A DNA stretch of 54,498 nucleotides from Hydrurus foetidus (Eukaryota). The translations under genes were made by a program, and so were the position numbers. Location of the stretch: NCBI GenBank assembly GCA_900617105.1, contig UYFQ01000142.1, forward strand, positions 1-54,498, written 5' to 3'. A model generated the notes under the pieces. That model saw only the letters and a program-made list of their open reading frames with translations. It ran no database searches and had not been told where the DNA came from. Shown here one piece after another: positions 22,650 through 37,100 of the stretch. Every line of letters begins with the position of its first letter. Positions within the stretch are counted from its first letter, which is position 1.

Positions 22650-25600
22650 ATGGCTGCAACAAGCGATGTAGGATACTTTACTTTGGAGGTACAAGGGGAT
22701 GTTTTCATTACGTACGCCATTTTCACATGAACTTAGCTTCAATCTGCAGCGCTGATGAATAACTCTTTTAATATGCAGTTGGAAAGTTTACAGCTGACAT
22801 TTGTTGCAGCCTCTACTGAAGAGCTTCTGCTGAAAGTCGAAATTGAGATCATAAATGGAGCTGAAGTCCTAAAATGGGATGATAACACAGCTCTGTTTCG
22901 AACTGCAAGCATCAAACCGCGAACAGTAGATAGGCTATCGGGAGGACGAGACAATTCTACTGATGTAGATGCGGCAACTGGCGATAAAATCGATGCAAAG
23001 GAAGACAAATCTGTCACGTGCATCGTGGATTTCAATGGTGGACTATATAAACGTTCATCATACATATCTCTGGATAACAACACTGTTTGTTCTCTCTCAA
23101 ATGCTTTAGTAACTGTGAGATGTTTTCAAATTCGAGAGGCTGCTGCGGTTGTTCAGGAAGCTCCTAGTAAGAAAGGTACTGAGAAGCAGCCAGCTGTAGC
23201 AGTTATCTTGGAGGAGAAGATAACGGAAATGATAATTCCGCTGTCTTCTCTACTGGTTTTGAAGGGCCATACAATAAATGGGGCATTCTGTTTCGACAAC
23301 GTTATTCTTAGGAATTCGTCGGAACATGAGATCAGAATTGATACAGCAATTACTGGCTTCGGAATCAATTTAAATGGAGCAGAAAGTTTCCTATCTTTTA
23401 AATTGGCTGCTGACAATGATCTTGCCGTAAGTTTCTGGAATTAGAGGTGTCTTGGATTATTGCGCTTTATCATAGTCTTGAAACAAATTGGGTTGCACTG
23501 CAGAAAGTTGTTAAGCTACTGTGCAGAATCATTCCAGTGTTTGAAAGAAATTTGATGCATTCCTCAGAAAAGAAAAAAAAATTATGGTTACTTAATACGT
23601 AAATAGAAAATAACTAGCGTGCCTACTTTCAATCATGACTTTATCGAAATATTTTCGATGACTTATCTTTACTTTTACAAAAAGAATATTTTTACTGTCA
23701 CTTATTTAGAATCCTTAACTCGAAATTTTATTCTCCAAAATACATAACAAAAAATAATGTAGGAATTTTGCATGGGTTCTGTTCTCATGATTTGGGACGG
23801 AATTATATTGAATTCCCCTCCTTTAGACTGGTTGCTCAATAGCCCTGATATTGTCGAAGCAAAGGTATGAAGTTAATTTTTATTCTGCATTTTTTAATTT
23901 TTTTTTATTTTATTTTATTTATTTATTTTGTGGGTGAGTTTTGATTTTGATTTCTACTTTTGTTTTGCGTTATCTGGGATTGCTTCTGATTTTCTTGTTT
24001 CGCATCGTGCTGTCTTGTCATTTCGCACTTCTTGACGTTATGTGCTGTCATAATGTATAGTCTAATGAATTGAACCACACTGTACCGCGTGGCTCTGCAG
24101 TATTTTCGTTGTTCAAATGGATATATGCGTTCATGTATATAGTAATGTATGCGTGCACAGCCGCATGTGAATGCGATTTATTATTATTTCTTTTTTGCTT
24201 CCTTTCTTGGTTTAAGTATACACATGAGTCTTTTATTCATCTACACATTTGTCTAATAAACTTTATCCCTTGATTTGCTTCTGCATTAATAGCTCAATTG
24301 TTATCAGTCCATTAATGATGCACTATTACCATAATTCAGGCCAAAGTTCAGCCATCGGTGGAGGAGTTGAAAAAAAGATACATAGAAAATATCGAGAAAC
24401 TAATACTAAATCAGAGCAAACTAGTCACATACACAGCTACGATATCGAATAATGATGATGAGAAAGATACCGAAAATAACCGGGTTGGCCGGGTTGTATT
24501 CCCTCTTACGGCATTATCTAACGGCCAATTGCATTTTAATTCGGAACTTGCAAAATTAACACCCATGGAGAATGATCTTAGAACTCTAAGATCTCTGTGG
24601 TCAGGTAGGACAGTGTAGTAATCAGTAAAAAACACTGATTTTTATCATCATCCATCATTTGTTTGATTTTTTCATCAAAAGTAGCACTTCTCTTTCACTT
24701 TTTTAATTTCATTTTGTGATTTTTTTTCTCTACATTTTACATTACATTCATTTTTAAAGTAGAAATACTCATAGTACAATTGATATGACTTCTGAGTCTT
24801 TTACTTTACTTTACTTTACTTTGCTTTGCAACAATGTACTGTCCCATAATAACTTAAATTTGTGGTAGAAACAATTAATTTTTAAACTTTATGCACTGCA
24901 GTTTCTTGGACGAAATCGGACAAAATATTTGTCCATCGATCAGTGGCTAGACAGGTAATGAAATGAAATGAAATTAAATTAAATTAAATGAGATGAAATA
25001 GGTCATAATTGAATTGAAACAAACCAATGACATTTTCATTTAATGAAATCAATCGGAATTCGAACTAAATTGATTAGAATTCAATCATGGACTATAAAAT
25101 ACAATAAAATTGAGTAATTCAAAGTGACGATAAGGGGCATTCTTAAGTGTGCTTAGAGGCTATTCTCTCATATTTATTGTGATCATTGTGCCCTACAAGT
25201 ATTGCTCTTGTTTGCATTGTTTTTTCACCATTTTCACTCACCTCCTCCACAATTTCAATGAACTCGCTATTTTTACCGTAACATACCGTATAGGTTGTAG
25301 CCAGTCTGAGAGCCAGTAGCCGTGTAAGTAGCAATAGTACTGGTGCCTACGTGCTCTCTCTTTCGAAGAACCCCACACAAGAAGGAGCGACCGCTGTCAC
25401 AGGTGAGAATGAGGAAGAGGGGGAAGGAGAGATAGAGGAGGGGAGGAGGGAGAAGGAGAGATAGAGGAGGGGAGAAGTAAGAATAAAGGTAGGCATGAAA
25501 ATAATAAAGTGGTGAGGAGGAAACAAGAAGAAAGAAGAAAATTCGAGGGGTAGCTAGAATGAGTTATTGACCAAGTACGTACGAAGAGGTAGGAGAAGAG

Positions 25601-28106
25601 GTAGGAGAGGAGGTAGGAGAGGAGGTAGGGGAGGAGGGTAAGAAGGTGATAACTAGGATGATGCTTTCAAAGCTACATTTCATCATCAAATGACACTCTC
25701 ATCATCAAATGACACTCTCATCATCAAATGACACTCTCATCATCAAATGACACTCTCATCATCAAATGACACTCTCATCATCAAATGACACTCTCATCAT
25801 CAAATGACACTCTCATCATCAAATGACACTCTCATCATCAAATGACACTCTCATCATCAAATGACACTCTCATCATCAAATGACACTCTCATCATCAAAT
25901 GACACTCTCATCATCAAATGACACTCTCATCATCAAATGACACTCTCATCATCAAATGACACTCTCATCATCAAATGACACTTTCATCATCAAATGACAC
26001 TCTCATCATCAAATGACACTCTCATCATCAAATGACACTCTCATCATCAAATGACACTCTCATCATCAAATGACACTCTCATCATCAAATGACACTCTCA
26101 TCATCAAATGACACTCTCATCATCAAATGACACTCTCATCATCAAATGACACTCTCATCATCAAATGACACTCTCATCATCAAATGACACTCTCATCATC
26201 AAATGACACTCTCATCATCAAATGACACTCTCATCATCAAATGACACTCTCATCATCAAATGACACTCTCATCATCAAATGACACTCTCATCATCAAATG
26301 ACACTCTCATCATCAAATGACACTCTCATCATCAAATGACACTCTCATCATCAAATGCGATATTCGTAACCAGATAAACAATATTAGAATCTCACATTTC
26401 TTCTTTAAAAAGAAAGTTGAAAGAGGGCTAATTTATTGCTCCTCAAATAAATTGTTCATCATCCAATTTTCTCAACCACCATCTAATATTCTTATTTGCC
26501 ATCTAACATTCTCATCTAGGAGGCGTCGGAAGTCTTGTCGCGGATTTCGATATTTCACCGATTTCAATTTGCAGTTCTGATGAAGATCCTCCGCGTAGAT
26601 TGAAATTCGCAGCGACATTCAGAGGTGCTTCAAACGAGGTAGAGAAAGAGGCAGTAATAAACAAGAACACGGAGGGTGCAGATGAGGCCTCTAGTGAAGG
26701 AAAAGAAGGTGAGAAAATTATAACTACATTGTGACGTAGGAAACATTTGATTCTAAATTAGAATAAAATGCCAACCATTACACTAAGAATAAGATTTGAA
26801 TATTGTGAGGAACACTGTTCCTACCTGGGATTAATGTATTTATGGCAATTTTATCCTCTCTTCCTTTCTCTTATTATCTCTTGTTCTATGTTACCCTTCA
26901 TCCCTTCTTTCCTCTCCATCCCTCCCTCCACCCCTCTCTCCGTTCTCTTCTCTTTCCCTCCCTCTTGTCATCCCTTCCACTCGCCCTCCTTCCTTCTCTC
27001 TTTCCGTCCGTCCCCTTCTCTCCCACCTTCTTCCCTTTAATCTTTTTGCCCTCTCTCCTTCTCGTTCCTCACCCTTTACCTTTCCCAGACATTTCCAGCG
27101 ATATTCCTGAAGCCGTTTATGTGGGCGTCACAATGACTGCTCCATTGTTTCTCCCCACACCGCACATCAACAACAATAAAACATTTGATGATGTACTACC
27201 AGAACACGTAAAGGAAATGGTTCCACTGAAAATAGGTGAGATTTGTCAATATTAGATGCAAATACACTTTATTCTTATGCACGTTTGTTTGAAGATGAAG
27301 AGATAAGATAAAAGGCTCATTAAGTCGCTGTATGTAGAATTAAATTGACGCAGTGTTTAATAATACCTCTGATTCACTGCAGAGTATTATTCCATTTTAT
27401 ATCCTATTGAATTGTACAGCATTGTGTTGAATAGTGCTATCCTTTGGGGCACTTTAGTGCATTAATGCAACGCTGTACAGTTTGACTCAATACATCGTGC
27501 TATCTTTCTGACGTTTTTTCCTTTTGTTCCTTTTTATCCTATTTCGTACTGTATTACACTACCAAACTTTCGTGTTATCCATCTTTGATCACCCTATTCG
27601 ACGTCATATAAACCCATCTCATCTCATTTTATCTTATCTCATCTCATCTCATCTCATCTCTTCTCATCTCATCCACTCAATCATATCCCAATCCCATCCC
27701 ATTTTATCTTATCTACTGTCATCTTACTCACTACTCTTCCACTATTTTGGATTCCACTCACCTCTATTCTATCATATTCTCTTCTATTCTATTTTGTTGT
27801 CTTTAATTCTGTTCTGTTCTGTTCTGTTTCTTAGGAGATAAAGATGCTCTGAAAGAATTGAGAGTGGAGATAACATCTGTAATAAAAACAATAGCACAGG
27901 AGTACATTGAGCAATATCCCGTTGCAGTGATTGTTCCCCCGCCTACAGCTTCGAAGAAAACCACATCGACAGGTGAGTCGTGCGGAGTCACCGCTGACAT
28001 TAAATATGATGCGCTTGTAGAAAGTCGCATACTCTATGTTTCCTACGTACTCTCCCACCACACGTGCGCACTCTCACTTCTCTCTCTCTCATTCCCTCCC
28101 TTCCCC

Positions 28107-28139
<33 letters not shown>

Positions 28140-31100
28140 CACTATCTTCCGACACGATAGTTGCACCAAGCGCTGATGGTATTCAAGACGCTTTGGCGGA
28201 TAGAAAAGTCAATTTTCTGCATTACTTGTCCACGAGTGGAGTGTATCATAATTTTAAAGAGAAATTAAAACCGAAAATTCAAAGAGTGGCAAGGTATGAG
28301 AAGAAATTTATCATAATTGTTTGAGTAGTTTTGAATATCATAGAGTTCACCTCTCTTCACTTAAACATCTTTTCTTTTCTTTTCTTTCCGTTTGATCTTC
28401 GTTCCGTTTCTTTTGTTTCTCCAATTCCATTCTATTCTAATCTAATCTGTTCTACTCTATTCCGTTCTATACTATTCATACTATTCCATTCTATTCTATA
28501 CTATTCATACTATTCCATTCTATACTATTCTATACTATACTATTCCATTCTAATATGTTCCATTTAGTGCCCTATCAGACTAAGTTTCTAAGATCTCAAA
28601 ACTCTTAATATCTGACCCGAAGGGAGAGGTATGGTGCGAGGGGGCAAGCCCTGGGGTACTCCGCCGTCAAAGGTCTGGGGTTCAAATCTTCAAATGCACC
28701 AGGTAACAACTTACTCGTGAAGTCACAACCAAACAGAAATGCCCTTTTCTCAATTATGGCCGCTGAGAACAACGATTCTCACTCTATATTCGTCAAATAT
28801 GCTTCAACAAAATCCTCGAAAGAGCTGTTTTGTTTTGACTTCGACAACAGTTTTCCTATATATGTTCAAATCTTCAAATTAGTCTGGTAGCAACTTACGT
28901 TTGTTTGTTTGTTTGTTTGTTTGTTTGTTTGTTTGTTTGTTTGTTTGTTTGTTTGTTTGTTTGTTTGTTTGTTTGTTTGTCTGCTTATTTGCACTCAAGA
29001 CGTAATGATCTGTATTTAAGAACACTTCTGACAATGTAGAAAACAATCCTAAGTTCTGATTCGAAATATCTGTTTCAACGCTCCTAATAACGAAACACAT
29101 AAATCATTTAATTTCATATACGTCCATAAATTAAGCTATGTTCTGGAATTATACTGATTCACCTACATTTCCATAAATATCGGACAATTCAACAGACGGC
29201 GTGAATTTAGTGGAGAGGGACCAAGAGAGAATCATGGATGAAGTGTTAGGAGAGCTTTATGTATTTTTACTTAAAGAAACGAATTGCGTACTAAATTTAA
29301 TATATACGGAGACCATTATTGACAGGTATGAATAATTTATAGTAGAAATGTCACTAGCACTTCATGGTACAGTGCGCGCACACAAATACGTACGTACGCT
29401 CTTGCACATTGCACATACTCGTAAACACAATAAAGTCTATATATAAATATTAAATATTCGTAAAATGTATATCAATAATGCAAAAGTCACACGAACGTAC
29501 GCATTGACATGCACAATTCCGTTTCTTTCCATCGACATCTACTTTCTATCACGTCACACTACAGCATATTATTATTTCTATCACGTCACACTACAGCATA
29601 TTATTATTTCTATCACGTCACACTACAGCATATTATTATTTCTATGACGTCACACTACAGCATATTATTATTTCTATCACGTCACACTACAGCATATTAT
29701 TATTTCTATCACGTCACACTACAGCATATTATTATTTCTATGACGTCACACTACAGCATATTATTATTTCTATCACGTCACACTACAGCATATTATTATT
29801 TCTATCACGTCACACTACAGCATATTATTATTTCTATCACGTCACACTACAGCATATTATTATTTCTATCACGTCACACTACAGCATATTATTATTTCTA
29901 TCACGTCACACTACAGCATATTATTATTTCTATCACGTCACACTACAGCATATTATTATTTCTATCACGTAACACTACAGCATATTATTATTTCTATCAC
30001 GTCACACTACAGCATATTATTATTTCTATCACGTCACACTACAGCATATTATTATTTCTATCACGTCACACTACAGCATATTATTATTTCTATCACGTCA
30101 CACTACAGCATATTATTATTTCTATCACGTCACACTACAGCATATTATTATTTCTATCACGTCACACTACAGCATATTATTATTTCTATCACGTCACACT
30201 ACAGCATATTATTATTTCTATCACGTCACACTACAGCATATTATTATTTCTATGACGTCACACTACAGCATATTATTATTTCTATGACGTCACACTACAG
30301 CATATTATTATTTCTATGACGTCACACTTTCTATCAATATCATATTATATCATATCATTTACACAGCATCATACACCTACATACACTACACTACACTACA
30401 CTACACTACACTACACTACACTACACTACACTACACTACACTACACTACACTACACTACACTACACTACTCCACACTACATCACACCAGACCAGACCACA
30501 CTACACCACACTAATACCTCTCGTCCGTACTCATCATCACAACGTACGTGCAGGGACATAAAAGAATTCGATGTCAGTAACGGATATCTCGATGATGAGA
30601 TTGAAAATCCGGAGCAATTATTCAAGGTAAATTTTTACAAAATCTGATAATTGTCATATATTGTAATATGTAAGATTTCTTATCTGCTGTAATATTTTAA
30701 AAAATTAAAATAATATCTGCATTGTTCATGACTTGCATGATATCTTGAATTAGTAAATAAGTGTCAACGTTCTCGCAGTCCATAAAGCAGCCTGACAAAA
30801 ATTTCAACTATTCTTATTTTGATTTTTCACCTTGATTTTTAATCAATTCTACACAGCGTCTGCTCGTGCGAGCATTAGATGCTGAATCGGATTGTCGTCC
30901 CTCAGCATGCGAGCAGCTACACTTAGAGAGGGTCCAAATGACCCTTAAAAGCGCTCTCCTCAAACCTGACGTCACTGTCTATTTCAAGTACGAAGCGTAC
31001 ACAAGGTACAGAGTGGATCCTGGACTAGATTCCAGAACGAATATTCTATGAATATTCTTGGTCCTTCACTCCCTATGGGGCCTCCGACTATTACTTTTTC

Positions 31101-34100
31101 AGAACTCGTAATTACACCCTTCTGTACAGCGCATTCGATAGACAATAAAGTCATCTGTCAACTCTGTTATTTATTTTTAATTTAACGCTTTACCGGGACA
31201 GAATAAAATGTCCGAAATACAGAATGAAAACAGTTTCAAGCACTGTTGAATTCACCATTTTATTCCCCTGACACTTTATGCTGTTCCGGCAATATTATTG
31301 GAAAGTGTTAAAATGTTGAGAACACATTTTAATTCAAGGTGGAAATAAAAAAGGGATTTCGATGGTGGTCAAAATTGTTTGTTTCCCGTCTGTGTTTCGA
31401 TATTTTACTGTGCCTTAGCGGTATCAAATGATATCATGATGTTACGATTACATGATGTTAGTCCTGCTGAAAGCTATTTCCATTTTCACTATTTTTTCAC
31501 AATTATTTTTCAATCTTCTCTTCCCTATCTGCCTGCACTTAAGTAAAATACAAACCATAAAATACCTTATTCGTAACACCAATAAACAATAGGTGATTCC
31601 CACAGGTGGGGCTAATCGTCAGAGGGCGTCTTCTTTCTATGTATTCAATCCCGTTTCCCAATAATGCAATTCACCCATAGATATATTATTTTCAATTTAA
31701 TTTGATTTAATTCAATATAATTTTAATCAATTTAATTCACTTCAATTCAATGATTTATGTTTTTCTATTCCATTTAATTGAATTCAAATCTAAATCAATT
31801 CAACAGATATGGTGAATTTTGTCTGAGACAATCTGCACTCAATTGCACTGCCGCCGCTTTCGCAGAAAACCCAGAGAAAAAAATATTTCTCGTAATTGCC
31901 AGAAAGTAAGTAACTTAGATGCAGGTTTTGATTATTAGATGCTAATTTAGATGCGGTGGCTGACTGCCCTCTGTTGTCTTATCTTATCTTATCTTGTCTT
32001 ATCTTATCTTATCTTGCCTTGTCTTGTCTTATTTTATCTTATCTCATCTTATCTTATCTTATCTTGTCTTATCTTATCTCATCTCATCTCATCTTTTACA
32101 TTACATAACATTCTCCTCTAAACTCCTTCATTAATGCCGTACTATAATTGATTAGTTACGCAGCAAAAGGAAGAGAAGCGCTGGAGATTTCGTACGTTAC
32201 ATCTCCAACAGAATGGCGATCTGCCTTATTGCTCGCTTGTAGACTGATAGAAAGTGATCAGAGAGAAAGGGCTGAATTGATATTTTCTTCATTATTGAAT
32301 TCACAATTTAATGACGGAGATGATTCGAGGTGACTTTGAATACCTTGCTTTTGTTTGTATATCCCATCACCGATCGACTATTACGTATAGCTAACTTTGG
32401 GAAAGGTCTGATGAATTGTAGTTTGTATATCGTCTGTTGCAGTCACGTCATCTTCTTCCAGTAGTGTAAATAATGGTGTACCGCATAATCCATATTATTG
32501 ATATGTCATCTCTATCTCTTCCCGAGGATTGTCTCGTTCATCGTGTCACCACCCCTCTCTCCATTCTTTTCCCATCTATTCCTTCCCTTCCCCTCTCTTC
32601 TCATGTTATCACTTCTCATCTCTCTCAAATACATTACGATTCATAAGGTATTCATTTTGTCTCGACGAATTTGACGGATACGACTCAGATCGGTTAATTC
32701 CGGTAAATCCGATATGTTACGCGTGTTTGGCCGCATACTATTCCCTCTTACGGCTACCGTTGAAATGTCGGAAGGCGCTTAGATTGACCTACAGGTGGGT
32801 TGAGATGATAACTGGTGGTGTGATGCAGTGTGGTATGATGTAATGTAGTGTGACGTGGTGCGGTGTAGTGTGGTGTGTTGCAGTGTGATGTGATGTGATG
32901 TAGTGTGTGTGGTGTAGTGTAGAGTGATGTGGTGTGATGTAGTGTGTGTGGTGTGGTGTGATGTAGTATGTTTGATGTAATGTAGTGTGGAGTGATGTGA
33001 TGTGATGTGTTGTATTGCATGACGTAGCATAACATGATATCATGTGATATAGTGCAGTGTGACATAATAAATTACTTCACTCGGAGGTCTCACACAAACA
33101 TTACTATGGCGAAGATAGTCGAACTTGCAGTACTAAAGAATATCGCACTAAAAAACATAAACAAATCGTCTAAAATGTACCAAATTTTTCTCACAGATCT
33201 TTTGTAGAGGGCAATCATTTTCCACCCGTAAGTACGCACGGCACACCGAGACGTACGGTTGTTATTTGTCTTTCTCAGGCGTGTGAATTGATGTTCCAAT
33301 ATGGATGCACTGCACTTGGAAAGGAGTGTTTAAAATTAGCGGAAATAAGGTGAAATCGGTGATATTGAGTGTGAACCAATTTGAATGAAGTGATTTATTT
33401 TTCGTATGATGGTGTTTGATGAAATAAACATGCGGAATAGGAAATGGTTGTGACAAATACCCCCACCCCCACTTATCCTTTATTTTTAGTCTCCACTCTT
33501 GCTTTTTCTCTGCTAGTCTAATGAGCCTATATTTTCTTTCTTTCTTGGGAAACATTTCTCCCAACAGTGACAGAGATATTGCTACTAAAATAGCCGCAAG
33601 AAATCTCAGCGGAGATACCGTACCGCATGTACGGCATATCCTGCATACGTGCCGTACGTACAGTCTGTTGGCTGGACCTTCATTAGTGGAGCTTACGGTG
33701 GACCCGTGGAACGCGCCAAACGCTGATAGCGATAACGTACGTACATACACTAACTTGGCACAGTCAAATTAATTTTCTGCACATGAACCGTTTTATCTTG
33801 TCTTTCTCGTTATCTTTTAATGTCATTCTTCGCTCTACCAAGTTTCCCTCACCTTTATTCTCAGTGCCGTTTCCTGCCCTTCTACCTTATTGCATCCCCT
33901 CTATTGTTACCATTTCATTTGTTCTCCACTCAACAACACTGTGACAGGAAGATGTGGGTGAAGAAAATGAAGAAGATGAGTCGTCTCAGAGCAATAAGAA
34001 TGCGGATCTAGAACTTTCAATTCTGAGTGCGAGTGACAGCATCGATGCTGCTGTGGATGTACGTACCTGTGATATGACGTGCCGTGGTATGATATAATGT

Positions 34101-37100
34101 GATATGACGTGTCGTGGTGTCATGTAGTGCAGTGTGATGTGATGTGATGATGTGGTGTGAGTGAGGTGTCATGTGGTGTGATATGATGTGATGTTGTATG
34201 ATGTGGTGTGATGTGATGTGATGTGATGTAATGTGATGTGATGTGATGTGATGTGATGTGATGAGGTGTGATGTGATGTGATGTGATGTGATGTGATGTG
34301 ATGTGATGTGATGTAATGTGATGTGATGTGATGTGATGTGATATGGTGGAATGTGATCGGACGTGGCGGTGGTGGATCGTGGATGGATGGATCGGACGTG
34401 GTGTGATCGGATGATCGGAATGATGGATGGGCGGATGAATGGACGTGAATGTACGTGGACGGATCGTGACGTGACGGATGTAATCGATGATGGAATGGAA
34501 TGGATGACGTGGATGGACGTGGAATGGATCGGACGTGGACGGATGGTGGAATGGAATGGACGGACGTGGATTGATGACGATGTGATGTGATGGAATGATG
34601 GATGTAATGTGATGTGAATGTGATGGATGTGATGATGATGTGGTGAAATGATGGATGGATGGATGGATTGAATGGTGACGTGATGTGATGGATGTGATGG
34701 ATGACGGATAGGATGGTGGGTGATCGATGTGATGTGATGTGTGGATGGATGGGATGGATGTGTGGATGGATGTGAACGAATGGATGGGATGGATGGATGG
34801 GATGGGATGGATGGATGGGATGGGATGGGATGGGATGGGATGTGATGTGATGTGATGTGATGTAGTGTGATGGGATGTGATGGGATGGATGGGATATGAT
34901 GGGATGGGATGGGATGGGATGGGATGGGATGTGATGTGATGTGATGTGAGTGAGGTGATGTGTGATGTGATGTGATGTGATGAGGTGATGTGTGGTGTGA
35001 TGTGATGTGATGTGATGTGATGTGATGTAGTGTGATGTGTGATGGGATGTGATGATGATTGGATGTACTTACTTGTAACGTACTGTACTGCACTGTGCTT
35101 TGCTGTGAGTGTTCGCTCTCTCTATTTGTTCTTTTGGTATATGCTTTATGTACATAGATTTTGTTTCGGTTTAGATTTTCTATATTACTATGCTGTGATG
35201 TGATGTGGTGTGTTGTTACGTACATTACCAAATTTTATAGCATTGTTGAGTACATCAATATTATACTTCACAATATTATACATCAATATTATAACTTATT
35301 GAAACTTTTATCCGTCAACAGTACCACAACAAGCCCATTATAACAATTTAATTCTTAAGACAAATAAAAAAAATACAAAATATTATATATTGTCAACTAT
35401 TACGCACAAGACAAAACAGACTTTCAAATAATTCTCTGAATTTCTTATCGATTTCTCCACTACTTAGTTATCCGATCAGCTGAAAGGATACCTTTGTCTC
35501 GCTAAAGCACTAACCACAGCAAAGGCAGAGAACGTACGAATTATTGAGTCGTACTTACGGACCTTTCAACTTGCACTTGAACACACGGAAGTTTCTTTGA
35601 TAAAAGAAATACCTCTCGATTCTTTCCTGCAGGTAAATTTGCTGTTTAAAGAATATGCGGCTGAATTAAACCTACACCTGTGATACGTGTTGTATAGTTT
35701 CGTGTCGTATTGAATTGAATTGAATTGTCTTGTTTTATTTGATCAATCCTGGCATATATCGCTATTCTTGTTTCTAATCTAAATCACTTCAATAATGTTC
35801 AATTTTCCTATTTCCATCTATTTGTATTTGTCCCTCTCCTTTCTCATGAGATCGCCATTCTTGTCTCCCCTCCTTTCCTCGCCTCTTCCCTCTTAAACGA
35901 TTTACGAAGACAATCTACACTCATACATCTCACTCCATCCCACTCCATCCCACACCATCTCACTTCACTTCACTCCATCTCACTCCATCTCACTCCATCT
36001 CACTCCACCTCACTCAATCTCACTCCATCTCACTCCACCTCACTCTATCTCACTCAATCTCACTCCATCTCACTCCACCTCACTCCACCTCACTCCATCT
36101 CACTGCACCTCACTCCAGTTCACTCCATCTCACTGCAAATCAACCACTACCCTCTTCCTTTCCATTTAGTGCTGCAAATACATGTTGGTCACCGGTCGGT
36201 ACCAAGAGTCCATGGACCTCCTGCTGACCGGTTGTGCGCACCACTCCTCCGCCTCTCTGTTTCTCCTACTCGGCATTGCTGCGTATCGATTGGACAGATT
36301 AGAAGATGCTGAAGATGCGTTGCAAGAGGTACGTACTTGTGTGAGTGAGTGAGTGAGTGTGTGTGTGTGTGTGTGTGTGTATACATGTGAGTGTGTGCAT
36401 TTATCTGAACTGTGTGTTTGTGTGTGTCTTTTCGTACGTGTTAGTTTGTACATGTGTGTGTGTTAATATGTGCTTTTATTGTTGGTTTTGTGCTACTAGC
36501 GAAATGGTGATAACATTTGTGATAATGATGATATGTGAAAACGATGATGATAGCGATGATGGTAATAATATTGATAATAATAATAATGATAAAATAATAA
36601 TAATCATGATAATGATATTAATAATGTTAATAATGATAATTAGAATCAATAATTGATTGCCGTTCAAGATGAATTTACAACTAATATTCCATTCTCCCCA
36701 TCAAATCTCGTTGCTTTAACTTTTTTCTATTATATGTAATACAGTCAAATTTATTGGAAAATAATAATCCAGACGTATGGGCTTACCTGAGGTACGAAAA
36801 ATAAAATAATCAAAAATAATTGAAAAATTGAATTCCAGTGACAAACGTACAGAAAATGGCTGAAAAATTGGTACTTACTGCAGCGTAGTGCCAACATTCG
36901 ATAGTGATTATTCTCAGTGTGTTTTTGTGTTTTTGATCTTTTTATTTCGATGGATTTCTACCAATGCTCTTCATATTCTGTGTACGCTTTTGATATTCCA
37001 TTCTGTCTTATATGGCTCTCTCTGACTTCATCTCACCTGATCTATTCTTTTACTTCAATTTCTTCTCCATTTTTTTCTTTTTTACTTCACTACTATCCTC

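Noticed and set aside
28861..28900. Degenerate copy of the exon end and donor at 28681-28715 (TTCAAATCTTCAAAT...CAACTTAC) as an alternative exon
   Set aside because: The match is short and contains an in-frame TAG; likely a small local duplication.
29465..30561. 248-aa and neighbouring repetitive ORFs
   Set aside because: Products of the 32-bp minisatellite and (CTACA)n inside an intron.
34017..35231. 404-aa His-rich ORF on the minus strand
   Set aside because: Translation of (GTGAT)/(GGAT) low-complexity intron sequence. The scrambled centre (~34340-34800) may be poor-quality consensus.
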